From sequence record PQ850614.1: a DNA stretch of 64,000 bases, one strand, 5' to 3'. Of this stretch, positions 38,067-47,750 are shown piece by piece (the first letter of the stretch is position 1; each line of letters opens with the position of its first letter). The translations under genes and the position numbers were made by a program. The notes under the pieces were generated by a model that was not told the DNA's origin, ran no database searches, and was given only the letters and a program-made list of their open reading frames with translations. The stretch comes from Escherichia phage LorandFenyves_Bas91.

Positions 38067-39269
38067 TTAGTAGTTTACAACAGTGCCGTCATTCAAGGTA
38101 AGGCTATTAATCTGCAACACACGACCAAGCTGACGATCACTAATTGGTGCGTTCCAGCCAGATCGGTAGAAGTTACGACCGCAGAAGAAAACGATTACAT
38201 TACTTGCTACAGTTGAACCGTTTTCAGGGTGCTTGATGTTAGCGATGTAATAACCACGACGCAGATTACGACGGGTGATCGGGGTGATCTCTAACCCTTG
38301 TTCTTCAACTTGCATTGTTTCAGGAACAGGTTCCGATGATTCTTCAACAACCGGCTCAGAGCTTTCCGCTGATAGTGCGAAATTCTCATCATCTGCTGAT
38401 TCAGCAAACTCTTCCACTTCTTCAATAGGCAGTTCGTAAGCAACGCGGTAGTCAGGATCAACACCAGAGAAACTCTTAACAAACTCAACGATGTTGTGAG
38501 TGTAAGTTTCCAGAGTTGTTCCAGTCAGGCCCGGAGCTGTATTAACTTCCAGAACCCAAGCGTTAGTACCTTTGCTAATCAGGTCAACAGCACCGAAGTT
38601 CAAACCCAGAGCAGATACAGCTTTGTGAGCTTGAATCAGAACCTGATCAGGCGGCGCATCTTGGAAGTTTGAAGAATAAACCCAACCAGTATGATGGTTT
38701 CGAACGTCTTCACGATAGGAAGGATCTTCACGATAACCATTACGGCGAATCTTTTTCTGAACATAGGTGATAACACCTTCAAACACATGAACACGCCATT
38801 CACGACGTGGGCCTAGAATGCCACGGGTATAGAGAGGGGCGGGAGCTACACCTTCACCCTGAAGACGAACAGTGATACCTTCTCCAGAATGACCATTCAG
38901 AATAGCACGTTCATAAACAACACTATCCAGAGTCCACTCTGAAGCCTGAGCAGCACTGTCTGTGTATTCTACAGTATGTACCCCAGCAGCTTCCAAAGTT
39001 TGAAATGCTGTCATTTTGTTAGCGGCTCGGTTCAAGGCAACCACAGAGTTCAATACAGTTGCACCGCCAAAGAAAGCATCATTATATCGACGGTTTCCAT
39101 AGTTGACAACAATATCACCAACTCGAGAACGATAACGAGAGCCTTCTGATACCAGAGACATTACGTTAGCATTTAAGCGAAGTTCCTGAATCTTAGTGTT
39201 AATTGCAGAAGTAAGTTCACGAACTGAATCAGAAGGGCCATAAGGAAGAACACGGATACGAGTAGTCAT
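38067..39269 (-). CDS. ATP-grasp ligase (RimK-like) with acidic linker and extra C-terminal domain
   Basis: REWRVHVFEGVITYVQKK ... GAVDLISKGTNAWVLEVNTAPGL (ATP-grasp core). An acidic E/S-rich linker precedes a ~70-aa C-terminal module. Confidence 0.8.
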   Translation of the reverse strand: MTTRIRVLPYGPSDSVRELTSAINTKIQELRLNANVMSLVSEGSRYRSRVGDIVVNYGNRRYNDAFFGGATVLNSVVALNRAANKMTAFQTLEAAGVHTVEYTDSAAQASEWTLDSVVYERAILNGHSGEGITVRLQGEGVAPAPLYTRGILGPRREWRVHVFEGVITYVQKKIRRNGYREDPSYREDVRNHHTGWVYSSNFQDAPPDQVLIQAHKAVSALGLNFGAVDLISKGTNAWVLEVNTAPGLTGTTLETYTHNIVEFVKSFSGVDPDYRVAYELPIEEVEEFAESADDENFALSAESSEPVVEESSEPVPETMQVEEQGLEITPITRRNLRRGYYIANIKHPENGSTVASNVIVFFCGRNFYRSGWNAPISDRQLGRVLQINSLTLNDGTVVNY

Positions 39270-39271
39270 TG

Positions 39272-39496
39272 TTAGATACCTTTAAGTTTAAGAATTTCGT
39301 TACGAGTTTTTTGAATCTGAGCTTCAATTTCGAAGTAGTCATTGAACGCATCGTTCTCTACTTCATCGGATGGTGCATCAATCAGACCGAAAGCGAACGG
39401 ATACAGCTTTCGCTGCTCCGTTACTAGTTCGATATGAACTCCTATGTAATACTGTAGGAGAGTAATCTTCGGTTTCTTAGGAACCAGATTTGACAT
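39272..39496 (-). CDS. hypothetical protein (74 aa)
   Basis: Track ORF between the amidotransferase and ATP-grasp genes. Confidence 0.55.
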   Translation of the reverse strand: MSNLVPKKPKITLLQYYIGVHIELVTEQRKLYPFAFGLIDAPSDEVENDAFNDYFEIEAQIQKTRNEILKLKGI

Positions 39497-39710
39497 GAGG
39501 TTCTACCTTAATGCCTTTGATTTTTACATAATCAGCAAGTACGTTGTTGATCACCGTTGGGAAAGGAACCTCAACCTGTGTTTCAAGTACTTGACCAATA
39601 CCAGCTTGCATCCACTTTTGGATTGCACGAAGGTTATCACATCCTGTGCTCGTCATCGGGATACGTCGAGTAGTTACAACGTTATCCAGCATCATCTTAC
39701 GAATTTCCAT
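39477..39710 (-). CDS. hypothetical protein (77 aa)
   Basis: Track ORF immediately downstream of the amidotransferase gene. Confidence 0.55.
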   Translation of the reverse strand: MEIRKMMLDNVVTTRRIPMTSTGCDNLRAIQKWMQAGIGQVLETQVEVPFPTVINNVLADYVKIKGIKVEPHVKSGS

Positions 39711-39712
39711 AC

Positions 39713-41743
39713 TTAACCTCTATTCAATGAACATTTAGGGGAATTACAATAAACTTGATTCATAGAACCAAGCGTACAACTTTCAGCATCGCGCCACGGA
39801 ATCTGCTTAAAACACTCTGAGCAGTATCCGAGGGTTGACCACATGGCTTTGGTGAAGTCAGTGCTTCGGTTTCCGTCGAAGCTGACAACAGTTTTGCGGA
39901 GAGCTGTTCGTGATTCAGGAAACACACCTGCTTTCTCAGCAGGTTCCTCCTTTTTTGGCTTAGTTGAGATTGCAAAAATACTGTTGCTACGTTTCTCAAC
40001 ATAAGCATCAACAACATCCTCCAGAGTGATGCCTGTCTGTTTCGCTGAGGAAGGTAATACAGTCATACGACCAATCATTTCTTCAGTTACACGTAAAGCA
40101 AATTCAGGACGACGGGCGTTTGTTGTATCTGTTGCTTTAATCCATACATAACCATCTTTGATCGTAGCATTAGATACTTTCTTCTTTACTTCTACAGCGC
40201 AGACTTTACAGATATCTTCTCCACGAAGACGACTAAGCTCATCATCGAACTCATTCTCTGTTTTAACTTCACCACAGATTTCACAAACACCAATAGGAGT
40301 CTCCTCCTCTTCTTCCTCTTTAGGTTTAGTCAAACCTTCCAGACATTCAGGATGCCAGTAGCACTGATATGCGAAGACTGCTTTAGGTGCATCCTTCCAG
40401 TCAATGTGCTTGTCACAACCACCACAATCACCATGAGAGTGTGCTTCCCAGAATTTACGAGTGATAGTAACGCCATTCTTGTTGACGAAACTATCATTCA
40501 TATCAAAAGGGATATCATCATCGAAGTCAGCAGTAGTTGACTCAGGCTCCTTTTTCTCCAGAGACGGGTCAACAAAACGACCTGCTGTGATCACTAAACG
40601 AACCATAGCATTAACTTCGGAGATGCAGGATACTGTCCCACGGTAAACAATTTTAGGGTCTTTCAGTGCGTCCTGATAAGCCTTAATGTCTACGTTATGA
40701 ACATCACCTTCGATGTATTCTTGAGATTTCTCATCGTAGATATAGCCAATCATCTTACCACGAGAAGGAACAGCACCAGCAGTCGCATAAGGAACAAACT
40801 CATGTGGTGTGATTTCCACAGTCATATCGCGGCGGATATCAATGTTTCGATCGCTTGCGATTTTGTTTTGACTTACCACTGCGTTTCTTCGACGAACGTC
40901 TGCCGCTGTCACACCCGGCTTCGTGTCGTAAGGATTGCTTGTATTGCTTTTTGAGGAACTTTGATAGTTGCTTTGGCTGTAGTTGTTCGAGTAATAACTG
41001 CCCCAACGATTGGCTACCGTAAAAACCGGAAGCTCGTGGGCGACCTCTTCAACCAGAGTCATGCTGTTGTTTGACATATCAAAGATATATTCTGTACCAA
41101 CTTTACATTCAAAATGCTCGTCAATACGGTTCTTATGGGACTTAGAACGCTTCAGAATCCACATCAACATATCTTCTTCAGAAGCACCAAACCAATCTCT
41201 GTTACAACGTGCGAGATGGAAAGGACGCTCTTCGTTACGAATGATATGAAGGCGGTTATCAGAAGCATCATGCCAGATTAAGGTGAAAGCACCATCCAGC
41301 TTTTGAATAGTCTCTGCTGCACCAATAGTGTTAATAGAGTGGCAGATGTTCTCACTGTCTACCTCGAAGTTTTTGCTGTCAGGTAACAGATCTTGGTCCA
41401 TCAAGGTTCCATTATGAACCAGAGTGATGTTACCATGTTGGAAAGGATGGGCGTTCTTGGCGTTAACTGCACCTTTCGTTGCATGACGACTGTGACCAAC
41501 AATCCATGAAGGTGCTACAGTGTAAGCTGTTTCACCAGTGGTGTGCTTCTTGTACTCATCTTGTAGGATGAATGCGAAAGAAGGAAGAGCTTCTTTATAA
41601 GTGAAGACTTCCTTAGTACTTTTACGCTGACCAAAGATACCGGAGGAATGTTGTCCTCGGAATACTCCAGCATAAAAGAGTTGGTTAAATACGTCTAAAT
41701 CAGTGCTTGACAGATTACCGCCAGCTAATACGATGCCACAAAT
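39713..41743 (-). CDS. class II (Ntn) glutamine amidotransferase fused to three Zn-ribbon modules; proposed ATT start
   Basis: The frame stays open 339 nt upstream of the track's TTG 41404, up to a TAG at 41749-41747, and encodes CGIVLAGG...GHSRHATKG...NAHPF...HNGTL. No in-frame ATG, GTG or TTG exists there. AGGTGG lies 8 nt before ATT 41743, and the next codon is the nucleophile Cys. C-terminal part: CGGC...CYWHPEC, CEIC...CKVC, CSEC...CNSPKC. Confidence 0.7.
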   Translation of the reverse strand: MCGIVLAGGNLSSTDLDVFNQLFYAGVFRGQHSSGIFGQRKSTKEVFTYKEALPSFAFILQDEYKKHTTGETAYTVAPSWIVGHSRHATKGAVNAKNAHPFQHGNITLVHNGTLMDQDLLPDSKNFEVDSENICHSINTIGAAETIQKLDGAFTLIWHDASDNRLHIIRNEERPFHLARCNRDWFGASEEDMLMWILKRSKSHKNRIDEHFECKVGTEYIFDMSNNSMTLVEEVAHELPVFTVANRWGSYYSNNYSQSNYQSSSKSNTSNPYDTKPGVTAADVRRRNAVVSQNKIASDRNIDIRRDMTVEITPHEFVPYATAGAVPSRGKMIGYIYDEKSQEYIEGDVHNVDIKAYQDALKDPKIVYRGTVSCISEVNAMVRLVITAGRFVDPSLEKKEPESTTADFDDDIPFDMNDSFVNKNGVTITRKFWEAHSHGDCGGCDKHIDWKDAPKAVFAYQCYWHPECLEGLTKPKEEEEEETPIGVCEICGEVKTENEFDDELSRLRGEDICKVCAVEVKKKVSNATIKDGYVWIKATDTTNARRPEFALRVTEEMIGRMTVLPSSAKQTGITLEDVVDAYVEKRSNSIFAISTKPKKEEPAEKAGVFPESRTALRKTVVSFDGNRSTDFTKAMWSTLGYCSECFKQIPWRDAESCTLGSMNQVYCNSPKCSLNRG

Positions 41744-41822
41744 TTTCTAATCCACCTGAAGGGTAAACCCTTTCATCTAATTAACCTTTAAATTGTGCCC
41801 CTTTATCAGAGGCACCCATTGA

Positions 41823-42926
41823 TTACAGCGCTTGCTCTAACTGATTTTCCAGATGGTCTGGAATGTACCCTGTGATATTGCTATCACTGTGACCAGACTC
41901 ACGTAGTAAGTCAAAAATAGCACGAATACGTTGTTCTGGAGCGTGTCTTACTTGAGATAGGTCTGCTGTACGAAGCATAACCAAAATCTCTTGATACAAG
42001 TTGTTAGCGTTCCCTCGAACATATCCAAGGAATCCATAGAAGTCTGACATAAGACGTAAGTCAACAAGAACCTCTCCGTTGGAGTTGGTTCGACGTAAAC
42101 GAATACGACCAGACTGTTCTACTTCATGAGAACGGCAATACAAAACATCACGGGCCATACAATACCCTGAATGCAAATCAGATTCATCCAGATTGTAATC
42201 CAGAGGAAGGTAAGGAAGCATTGGGGCAAATCGTACAGTATTTAAGTGCTCAATAAACTGATCATTGCTCATATCTGCGTTATCTAAAGCCAGCTTCTTC
42301 AACATCAAGAAGCGGTTAACCAGATTGAGAAGTTGACCACGTTTCCACTTAGGCTCACTGATACGGAACTCAATTGAACCGTATTGGGCAAGTGGCAGAA
42401 GGTTCAGAGATGTATATTTATCCCATGAACGAACCAGACGGTTGAAGAATTCTTCACCATCGTAGTTAAATGCGTCAGAGGCATTCATTACCTGTGCTTG
42501 TACCACTGCAAACGCAGGGCAGAAATTGCTACGGTAACGATGGTAGCCTGAACACTTGAACAGCATCTTTTCATAGAAGGTCCAAGCAAGGATGGTCTTC
42601 TTGAGGATATTACTATCAGCATCCCTCATATCCATATGAACGTGAGTAGAGCAACGCCAAGTCCCCTCGGCGTGCGATTCAGCTACTGCTTCACTCAGGT
42701 TGTTGATAGCGTCTAACAACTCCTGTCCGTTGTAAGGTCGTGAACATACCATTTCACAACCGTTACGCAGGGAACCATCCTCTGTGCAATCCCACATATC
42801 TGCTTCGATATGTTCAGAACCTTCGAGTTCAAGCTCAATACCGACACCGCACTGAAGTGCAATTGAACTATGCGCCTCAGTTAAACGACCTTCTCGATAT
42901 CCAAAAGTTTGCGCTACAGTTGTCAT
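41823..42926 (-). CDS. amidoligase (glutamine-synthetase/GCS2-like 'Amidoligase_2' type)
   Basis: N-terminal GVGIELELEG strand motif plus downstream His/Glu/Arg positions resembling the putative amidoligase family, by eye. Confidence 0.6.
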   Translation of the reverse strand: MTTVAQTFGYREGRLTEAHSSIALQCGVGIELELEGSEHIEADMWDCTEDGSLRNGCEMVCSRPYNGQELLDAINNLSEAVAESHAEGTWRCSTHVHMDMRDADSNILKKTILAWTFYEKMLFKCSGYHRYRSNFCPAFAVVQAQVMNASDAFNYDGEEFFNRLVRSWDKYTSLNLLPLAQYGSIEFRISEPKWKRGQLLNLVNRFLMLKKLALDNADMSNDQFIEHLNTVRFAPMLPYLPLDYNLDESDLHSGYCMARDVLYCRSHEVEQSGRIRLRRTNSNGEVLVDLRLMSDFYGFLGYVRGNANNLYQEILVMLRTADLSQVRHAPEQRIRAIFDLLRESGHSDSNITGYIPDHLENQLEQAL

Positions 42927-43540
42927 AACGAATCCACCAACGTAATATTATAATTGCTAAGGTTTTCAGAAATGTGATGAAAGTGTTCCAGAAGTCGCAT
43001 CGGTTGCTGACCGTAAGAGTCACGAGGTGCTTCCAGATCTACTTGTCCTACCAGTGCACCTTTATAATGCACTTTACCATCTGTAGGATTGATGTAAATA
43101 TAACGAGTAACCAATCCATCAAATTCAGGATTGAACAGACTGTAAACCATTTCACCAGAGATCGAACGACCAATCCCCGGAGCGTTTCGAATCTTGTTAC
43201 CCATCAAACCCTTCGCTCTCTGACGAACAGGATTGATATGAGTCCAGCTTACAGTGTTACCGTTATGGAACAGATAACCAACATCAGGTGATTCAAGAAT
43301 CAAGGTTGGGTCGAACACTGGAATATTCATCGTAGTGTTTCGGAGATTCCCATGCTCGTTCTTGTACCACTGCTCTACAACAAAATACAGAGCCTGTTCT
43401 GCTTCATGCGAGAAGTCATCGCTGCGGAAGTTACCGCTCTGCTCAACACCAATCACAAAACACGGAAGGTTGATATTGCCTGCTCGTTTAGCAATCCATG
43501 TACCATTATAGTAATGAGAAAAATCAGCTACTAAGCTCAC
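42923..43540 (-). CDS. hypothetical protein of the ligase cluster (205 aa)
   Basis: Track ORF with a 4-nt overlap with the amidoligase gene. Confidence 0.6.
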   Translation of the reverse strand: MSLVADFSHYYNGTWIAKRAGNINLPCFVIGVEQSGNFRSDDFSHEAEQALYFVVEQWYKNEHGNLRNTTMNIPVFDPTLILESPDVGYLFHNGNTVSWTHINPVRQRAKGLMGNKIRNAPGIGRSISGEMVYSLFNPEFDGLVTRYIYINPTDGKVHYKGALVGQVDLEAPRDSYGQQPMRLLEHFHHISENLSNYNITLVDSL

Positions 43541-43549
43541 GATAACCTC

Positions 43550-44356
43550 TTATGCTACCTGAAGGAGTTTGATCTGCTGGTCAGCTTCTTTAACGTTGTT
43601 CCCGTTAATGATTTCATGAAGCTTCTCAATCGGAAGGCGAGAGTGCAATGCCATCAGAGTGGACATATCACACTGCTGAACAACCTTGTCAACCTGATCG
43701 TAAACAAACTTACGGTTTTCACGATCACTAATCCAGAAGTTAGACAGAGAACGGTATTCAATACCATAGTCTTTATAACGGATTGCAGATGCTTTACCGT
43801 AGAGTTCTTTACGGCGAGTATCTTTGTCCATAATTACTGCTGGGAGAGACAGGAAGTAGTCACACAGCACACCCAGCATCATCTGAGTTTGCAGAGTGAT
43901 ATCCAAAGCACCAACTACGCCAAGATGTACGTGACCACCGGCAGTACGAAGTCCCTTATTCTGAGAAGTCGGGGATGGGTTTTTCTGACCAGTGAAGGCG
44001 TTGAAATCAGGAGTGCACCCGAAGATGAACGCTGATTCATTAAAGGTCTTCATCTCTTCTTCAGTGAAGATGTGAGAGCTAACACCCGGAGCTGTTTCCA
44101 TGTCCAGTTTGTTCAGGACATTATTGGTGAGATCAATACCACGTTGCATGTTATCGTTAAACGCTTCAAAACCGCTCTGTGGGTCAATATCAAACTCAGC
44201 CAGTACGTTGTCCTCTTGGAGACGAACATCCTTAGCCAGAGCGATCTTATCGTCCTTAGAGCAGCCTAATAAACCGGCTACAGAAGTGATGATACCATTG
44301 CTAGTACGAACAAACATTTCAGGGTCAGAGCCGATAAGGAATTTGCGCTTAGTCAT
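43550..44356 (-). CDS. COOH-NH2 ligase (phiEco32-like type 2, GCS2 superfamily)
   Basis: N-terminus FLIGSDPEMFV and ...GGHVHLG... match my memory of the phage COOH-NH2 ligase family. Confidence 0.6.
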   Translation of the reverse strand: MTKRKFLIGSDPEMFVRTSNGIITSVAGLLGCSKDDKIALAKDVRLQEDNVLAEFDIDPQSGFEAFNDNMQRGIDLTNNVLNKLDMETAPGVSSHIFTEEEMKTFNESAFIFGCTPDFNAFTGQKNPSPTSQNKGLRTAGGHVHLGVVGALDITLQTQMMLGVLCDYFLSLPAVIMDKDTRRKELYGKASAIRYKDYGIEYRSLSNFWISDRENRKFVYDQVDKVVQQCDMSTLMALHSRLPIEKLHEIINGNNVKEADQQIKLLQVA

Positions 44357-45320
44357 TATAATACTCCACTAGTTCAGAAAAGAGAGATGAGATTGTGTTA
44401 CCAACTTCTTCAAGAGTAAGACCGGAATCTGCTCCAGTTCTTTGAATCAGTCGGGCTGTAAAGTTTTGTACTGTAATGTTTCCCAACTTGTCGTCTATTG
44501 CTTCACGTTTGTGACCATAACAGTTGGACCAGAGTCTTAACCACTCTGACATTGTTTCATACTCGTCCGGGTCTTGATCTTTAGCACGAGCAAATCTTCG
44601 TAAGGCATCTTGGTTATGGTTACGAACATAACCATTCTCGTTGTCGCCAACACCGAAGGGGTTTTGAACCCATACTTGCTTCGTGTATTCATCAGAGTCT
44701 ACAACCAAAGGAAGGAATGCTGCTGCTGACATATTGTTGTTAATAACAATAGAGGTGCTCTCGCTACTCCCATTGGCTCTTCCTCGTTGAGACCATCCAC
44801 CGAAGAAGTCACGACCCAACCCAGCTAACACTAGAGCGATGCCGATGCGTTTACGCTTCAGCCACTCTTCCCTGTCTTCAATTCCTTCTGCTAGGAAATC
44901 CATTCCACGATATTGCCCTTCCAGAATACTACGAAAGAGCATAAGTCCTGTGAAGATCTGATCTGCTGGATGCTCACGAAGGTTGACAGCAACACTATTC
45001 GCTGAAGTGATCGTAAATACGTCACGATAGCAAGACATGGAGTTCATAATGTCTGCTGTTTCAACCAAGTTCTTTTCAATATCAGATGCAACATGACCGT
45101 GAAAAGAGTGAGTCCAGTAATTCAACATCTCCAGTTGCAAGTTGATATCACGGTTGAAGCGACGATAACGCCCTTCTTCCGAGATAACTTCACCATTAAT
45201 GTCATTTACACACTGGCCTTGCATGTAGTTGTGGATACCGAAGCACCCACGACCTAAGAACTTCTGTTCCCCTAAATCCTGTTGAAGATTAAGAGGTACG
45301 ATCGTTGTGGAGATTGACAT
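44349..45320 (-). CDS. hypothetical protein of the ligase cluster (323 aa)
   Basis: Track ORF with an 8-nt overlap with the downstream ligase gene. Confidence 0.6.
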   Translation of the reverse strand: MSISTTIVPLNLQQDLGEQKFLGRGCFGIHNYMQGQCVNDINGEVISEEGRYRRFNRDINLQLEMLNYWTHSFHGHVASDIEKNLVETADIMNSMSCYRDVFTITSANSVAVNLREHPADQIFTGLMLFRSILEGQYRGMDFLAEGIEDREEWLKRKRIGIALVLAGLGRDFFGGWSQRGRANGSSESTSIVINNNMSAAAFLPLVVDSDEYTKQVWVQNPFGVGDNENGYVRNHNQDALRRFARAKDQDPDEYETMSEWLRLWSNCYGHKREAIDDKLGNITVQNFTARLIQRTGADSGLTLEEVGNTISSLFSELVEYYND

Positions 45321-45330
45321 AACTAACCTT

Positions 45331-46527
45331 TTATTTTCCTAAAAATAATCCGCTCATAATACCATCCCACTCAGAGGACGGAATCACTGAATACTCCGAA
45401 CTTTGGTCCAGAGTTCCGCTACTGAATCGCTGAACAATATTATAAATATTGAACATATCTTTAGTCTCAGCGCGATAAGCGTAGACTAATCTGTCAGCTG
45501 TTCTTTCATCTTTAGATACCCGACGAGCAAAGGTAACCAGAAGGTTGTCACCTTTGAGTATTTCTGACTCATCTTTTACTAGATCAGGGTGCATAACCGG
45601 CAAGAACATTGAGTTGTTCACTCGTAACTCTGCTGTTTCATCATTCTCATAATGAATCCATTTAAAATCTTCATCACGAAAGTGACCGCATCCATCTCTG
45701 TATGACTGTTGACGCCAAGGCACTTGAAATGCTTCAGCGTATTTATCAGCCATGCCAACCGTAAATAGTGACGCTGGGAAAATACAAGCATCCCAATCGT
45801 TACCAACCAGAGTTGCTTTCTTTTCGCTCAAGAGGTTAGTGTAAGTGCTAACCATTCGTGAGTAAACATAAGCCTGAAGGATTGTCCAGCCTTCAACCAA
45901 CCATTTATGGAGGAAGGTTTCAACTTGACTCTCTTCATCTTCACAATAGAAGGTTCGGTCTAACATCAAATAGAACAGACAACGATCAGCAGGGATATTC
46001 TCAGTTGCTACCCCCATAAAACCTTTATCGTGCCAGCGTAAACAGGAGGGACGATCTTTGTCCACAAATGCTTCCATAGCTTCCAGTACAGCACGAGGTG
46101 TGGTTCGGTGTTCAGGGTTTTTGTCGTTCCAACGTTCGATGTTATTTTTAGGAGGTGTGTCTTCATCTTCATATGAACACCAACTCAAAGCTTCAGCTAC
46201 GTGCTTTTCATCACGCCAACGTCTAAAGCCTAACATCTTCATATGAGTTCCAGAGTTCCAGATATGCTTAATACTGCTCATATCCATCTCTCGACTTAAT
46301 AAGAACTCTTCCCCATCAGCACTACGAACGTTAGCATCTTCATGCCACACTCGAACGTGCATGTTCCATCCATGAGTTGCCTCATACATGTTAGGGTCGA
46401 AGTAGTCATCATCTTCGTCGTCTTCATCAACGCCACCATTATAGTTGCGAAGCTGAAGGAACCCATAACAAGGAGGGTTGACCGTTAAAACATTACCTTC
46501 AGTATCTTCTAATGTTACTGGAAACAT
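45331..46527 (-). CDS. hypothetical protein of the ligase cluster (398 aa)
   Basis: Track ORF. Trp/acidic-rich, with no recognised motif. Confidence 0.6.
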   Translation of the reverse strand: MFPVTLEDTEGNVLTVNPPCYGFLQLRNYNGGVDEDDEDDDYFDPNMYEATHGWNMHVRVWHEDANVRSADGEEFLLSREMDMSSIKHIWNSGTHMKMLGFRRWRDEKHVAEALSWCSYEDEDTPPKNNIERWNDKNPEHRTTPRAVLEAMEAFVDKDRPSCLRWHDKGFMGVATENIPADRCLFYLMLDRTFYCEDEESQVETFLHKWLVEGWTILQAYVYSRMVSTYTNLLSEKKATLVGNDWDACIFPASLFTVGMADKYAEAFQVPWRQQSYRDGCGHFRDEDFKWIHYENDETAELRVNNSMFLPVMHPDLVKDESEILKGDNLLVTFARRVSKDERTADRLVYAYRAETKDMFNIYNIVQRFSSGTLDQSSEYSVIPSSEWDGIMSGLFLGK

Positions 46528-46538
46528 TATACCAACCT

Positions 46539-46901
46539 CTATTGGTTTTTAATCAACTCAATCGACTTACGGATATAAAGAATATCTCGGAAGTTTCGAT
46601 AGTTGTTCATAAATTGGTGCTTCTGGAAAGTAGCTTCTTCCAGCGCTTTCTTTGCTTCTGCGTAGCTTTTACGGGCAAGATGTACAACCCGTTCTGGTAA
46701 CATGTTTGCATGACGGATGACATACTTGTGAGCTTTCATGTTGCTTTGCTCACGAGCAATCTTACCTTTAGCAACTTTGATACCATTTGCAATCCAAGCA
46801 AGTTCTTGCTCAAGCTCATCGTTGGACATTCCACCGAGGTTTGATGCAACCTTGTTCAGAGTTTCAATATTAACGTTGCCCTTGATGGGACGTGTATTCA
46901 T
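46539..46901 (-). CDS. hypothetical protein (120 aa)
   Basis: Track ORF. Helical and basic. Confidence 0.6.
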   Translation of the reverse strand: MNTRPIKGNVNIETLNKVASNLGGMSNDELEQELAWIANGIKVAKGKIAREQSNMKAHKYVIRHANMLPERVVHLARKSYAEAKKALEEATFQKHQFMNNYRNFRDILYIRKSIELIKNQ

Positions 46902-46903
46902 AC

Positions 46904-47056
46904 TTACTCCTGTTGTTTACACTCGTCAATAACCCACTGATAAGTGGATTGCCCAGAAAAGAAACACTGAATAAATCCAGATGTTCTCTGCGTTACCAGT
47001 GCTAGTGCACAAATCACTATCGCTGCTGCTAGCAGTTTTAAATCTAATTTAGACAT
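46904..47056 (-). CDS. small membrane/secreted Cys-containing protein (50 aa)
   Basis: Below the track threshold. GAGAGGGAAT RBS after a terminator. LLAAAIVICALALV hydrophobic segment. Confidence 0.45.
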   Translation of the reverse strand: MSKLDLKLLAAAIVICALALVTQRTSGFIQCFFSGQSTYQWVIDECKQQE

Positions 47057-47074
47057 ATTCCCTCTCGTTGAATT

Positions 47075-47100
47075 TAAAAAAGGACTCTCCGAAAAGAGTC
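47075..47100 (-). terminator. intrinsic terminator
   Basis: Minus strand GACTCT-tttcgg-AGAGTC followed by CTTTTTT. Confidence 0.6.
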
Positions 47101-47163
47101 AAGCTTTAAATACAAAAAGATATTACCCAATATCTGTGGATAACCTGCTCTTAAAATATCTAT

Positions 47164-47203
47164 CCGACGGATGTTCGAGGGATGTTCCTCTCCCTAGCAT
47201 CGG
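47164..47203 (-). other. conserved stem-loop element, copy 1
   Basis: Minus strand CCGATG-CTAGGGAGAG-gaacatcc-CTCGAACATC-CGTCGG. The outer 6-bp helix encloses blocks shared with the copy at 53184. Confidence 0.5.
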
Positions 47204-47254
47204 CCCCATACGGGAAATATATTAAGATTAGGTTAGTTGAGTCAGAATAACTCA

Positions 47255-47278
47255 TATAGCCCTCCGAAGAAGGCTATA
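47255..47278 (-). other. TATAGCC/GGCTATA hairpin after the gene stop (module copy 1)
   Basis: 7-bp stem 5 nt after the stop of 47283..47750. The counterpart is at 53262-53289. Confidence 0.5.
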
Positions 47279-47282
47279 GATG

Positions 47283-47750
47283 TTACTCTATCTTAACTGA
47301 AGGACAATACTTCTCTTTCTTGCTGCGATACATAACAACAATCCAGTTTGAATCACGACGCTCTTTCTTACGTCGTTTCTTTTCAGCACGAGTTTCATAT
47401 GTGCTAGTTCGGTGGTCACGGTATATTCCACGAAGTTCATAAAATGCCCAACCACCACCAAACACTACACCAGCCAAAGCAGCCAAAGATGAGGCACCAA
47501 GAGCAGGGGCAGCGAACCATGTCCACCAGTCAAAGGTTGACACGTCGTTGTGCCCGAGGAGTGTCCCACCTACTCCAGTAAGTGCCGCACATATAACAGA
47601 TAAGAATCCAGACAGTATAACAAAACGCAAAACTGTTCGCCAGAAGTATTCACAAAAGTTAGTCATGTTGTCCCAATAGGAATCAGAGAGACTTGACGTA
47701 GCTTTGTTGAATCTGTGCAACCATCCGTTCTTATTAACCTTAATCATCAT
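47283..47750 (-). CDS. membrane protein (155 aa) with basic C-terminal tail
   Basis: Two or three hydrophobic helices (FVILSGFLSVICAALTGVGG, AAPALGASSLAALAGVVFGGGWAF), then KKRRKKERR. Confidence 0.65.
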   Translation of the reverse strand: MMIKVNKNGWLHRFNKATSSLSDSYWDNMTNFCEYFWRTVLRFVILSGFLSVICAALTGVGGTLLGHNDVSTFDWWTWFAAPALGASSLAALAGVVFGGGWAFYELRGIYRDHRTSTYETRAEKKRRKKERRDSNWIVVMYRSKKEKYCPSVKIE

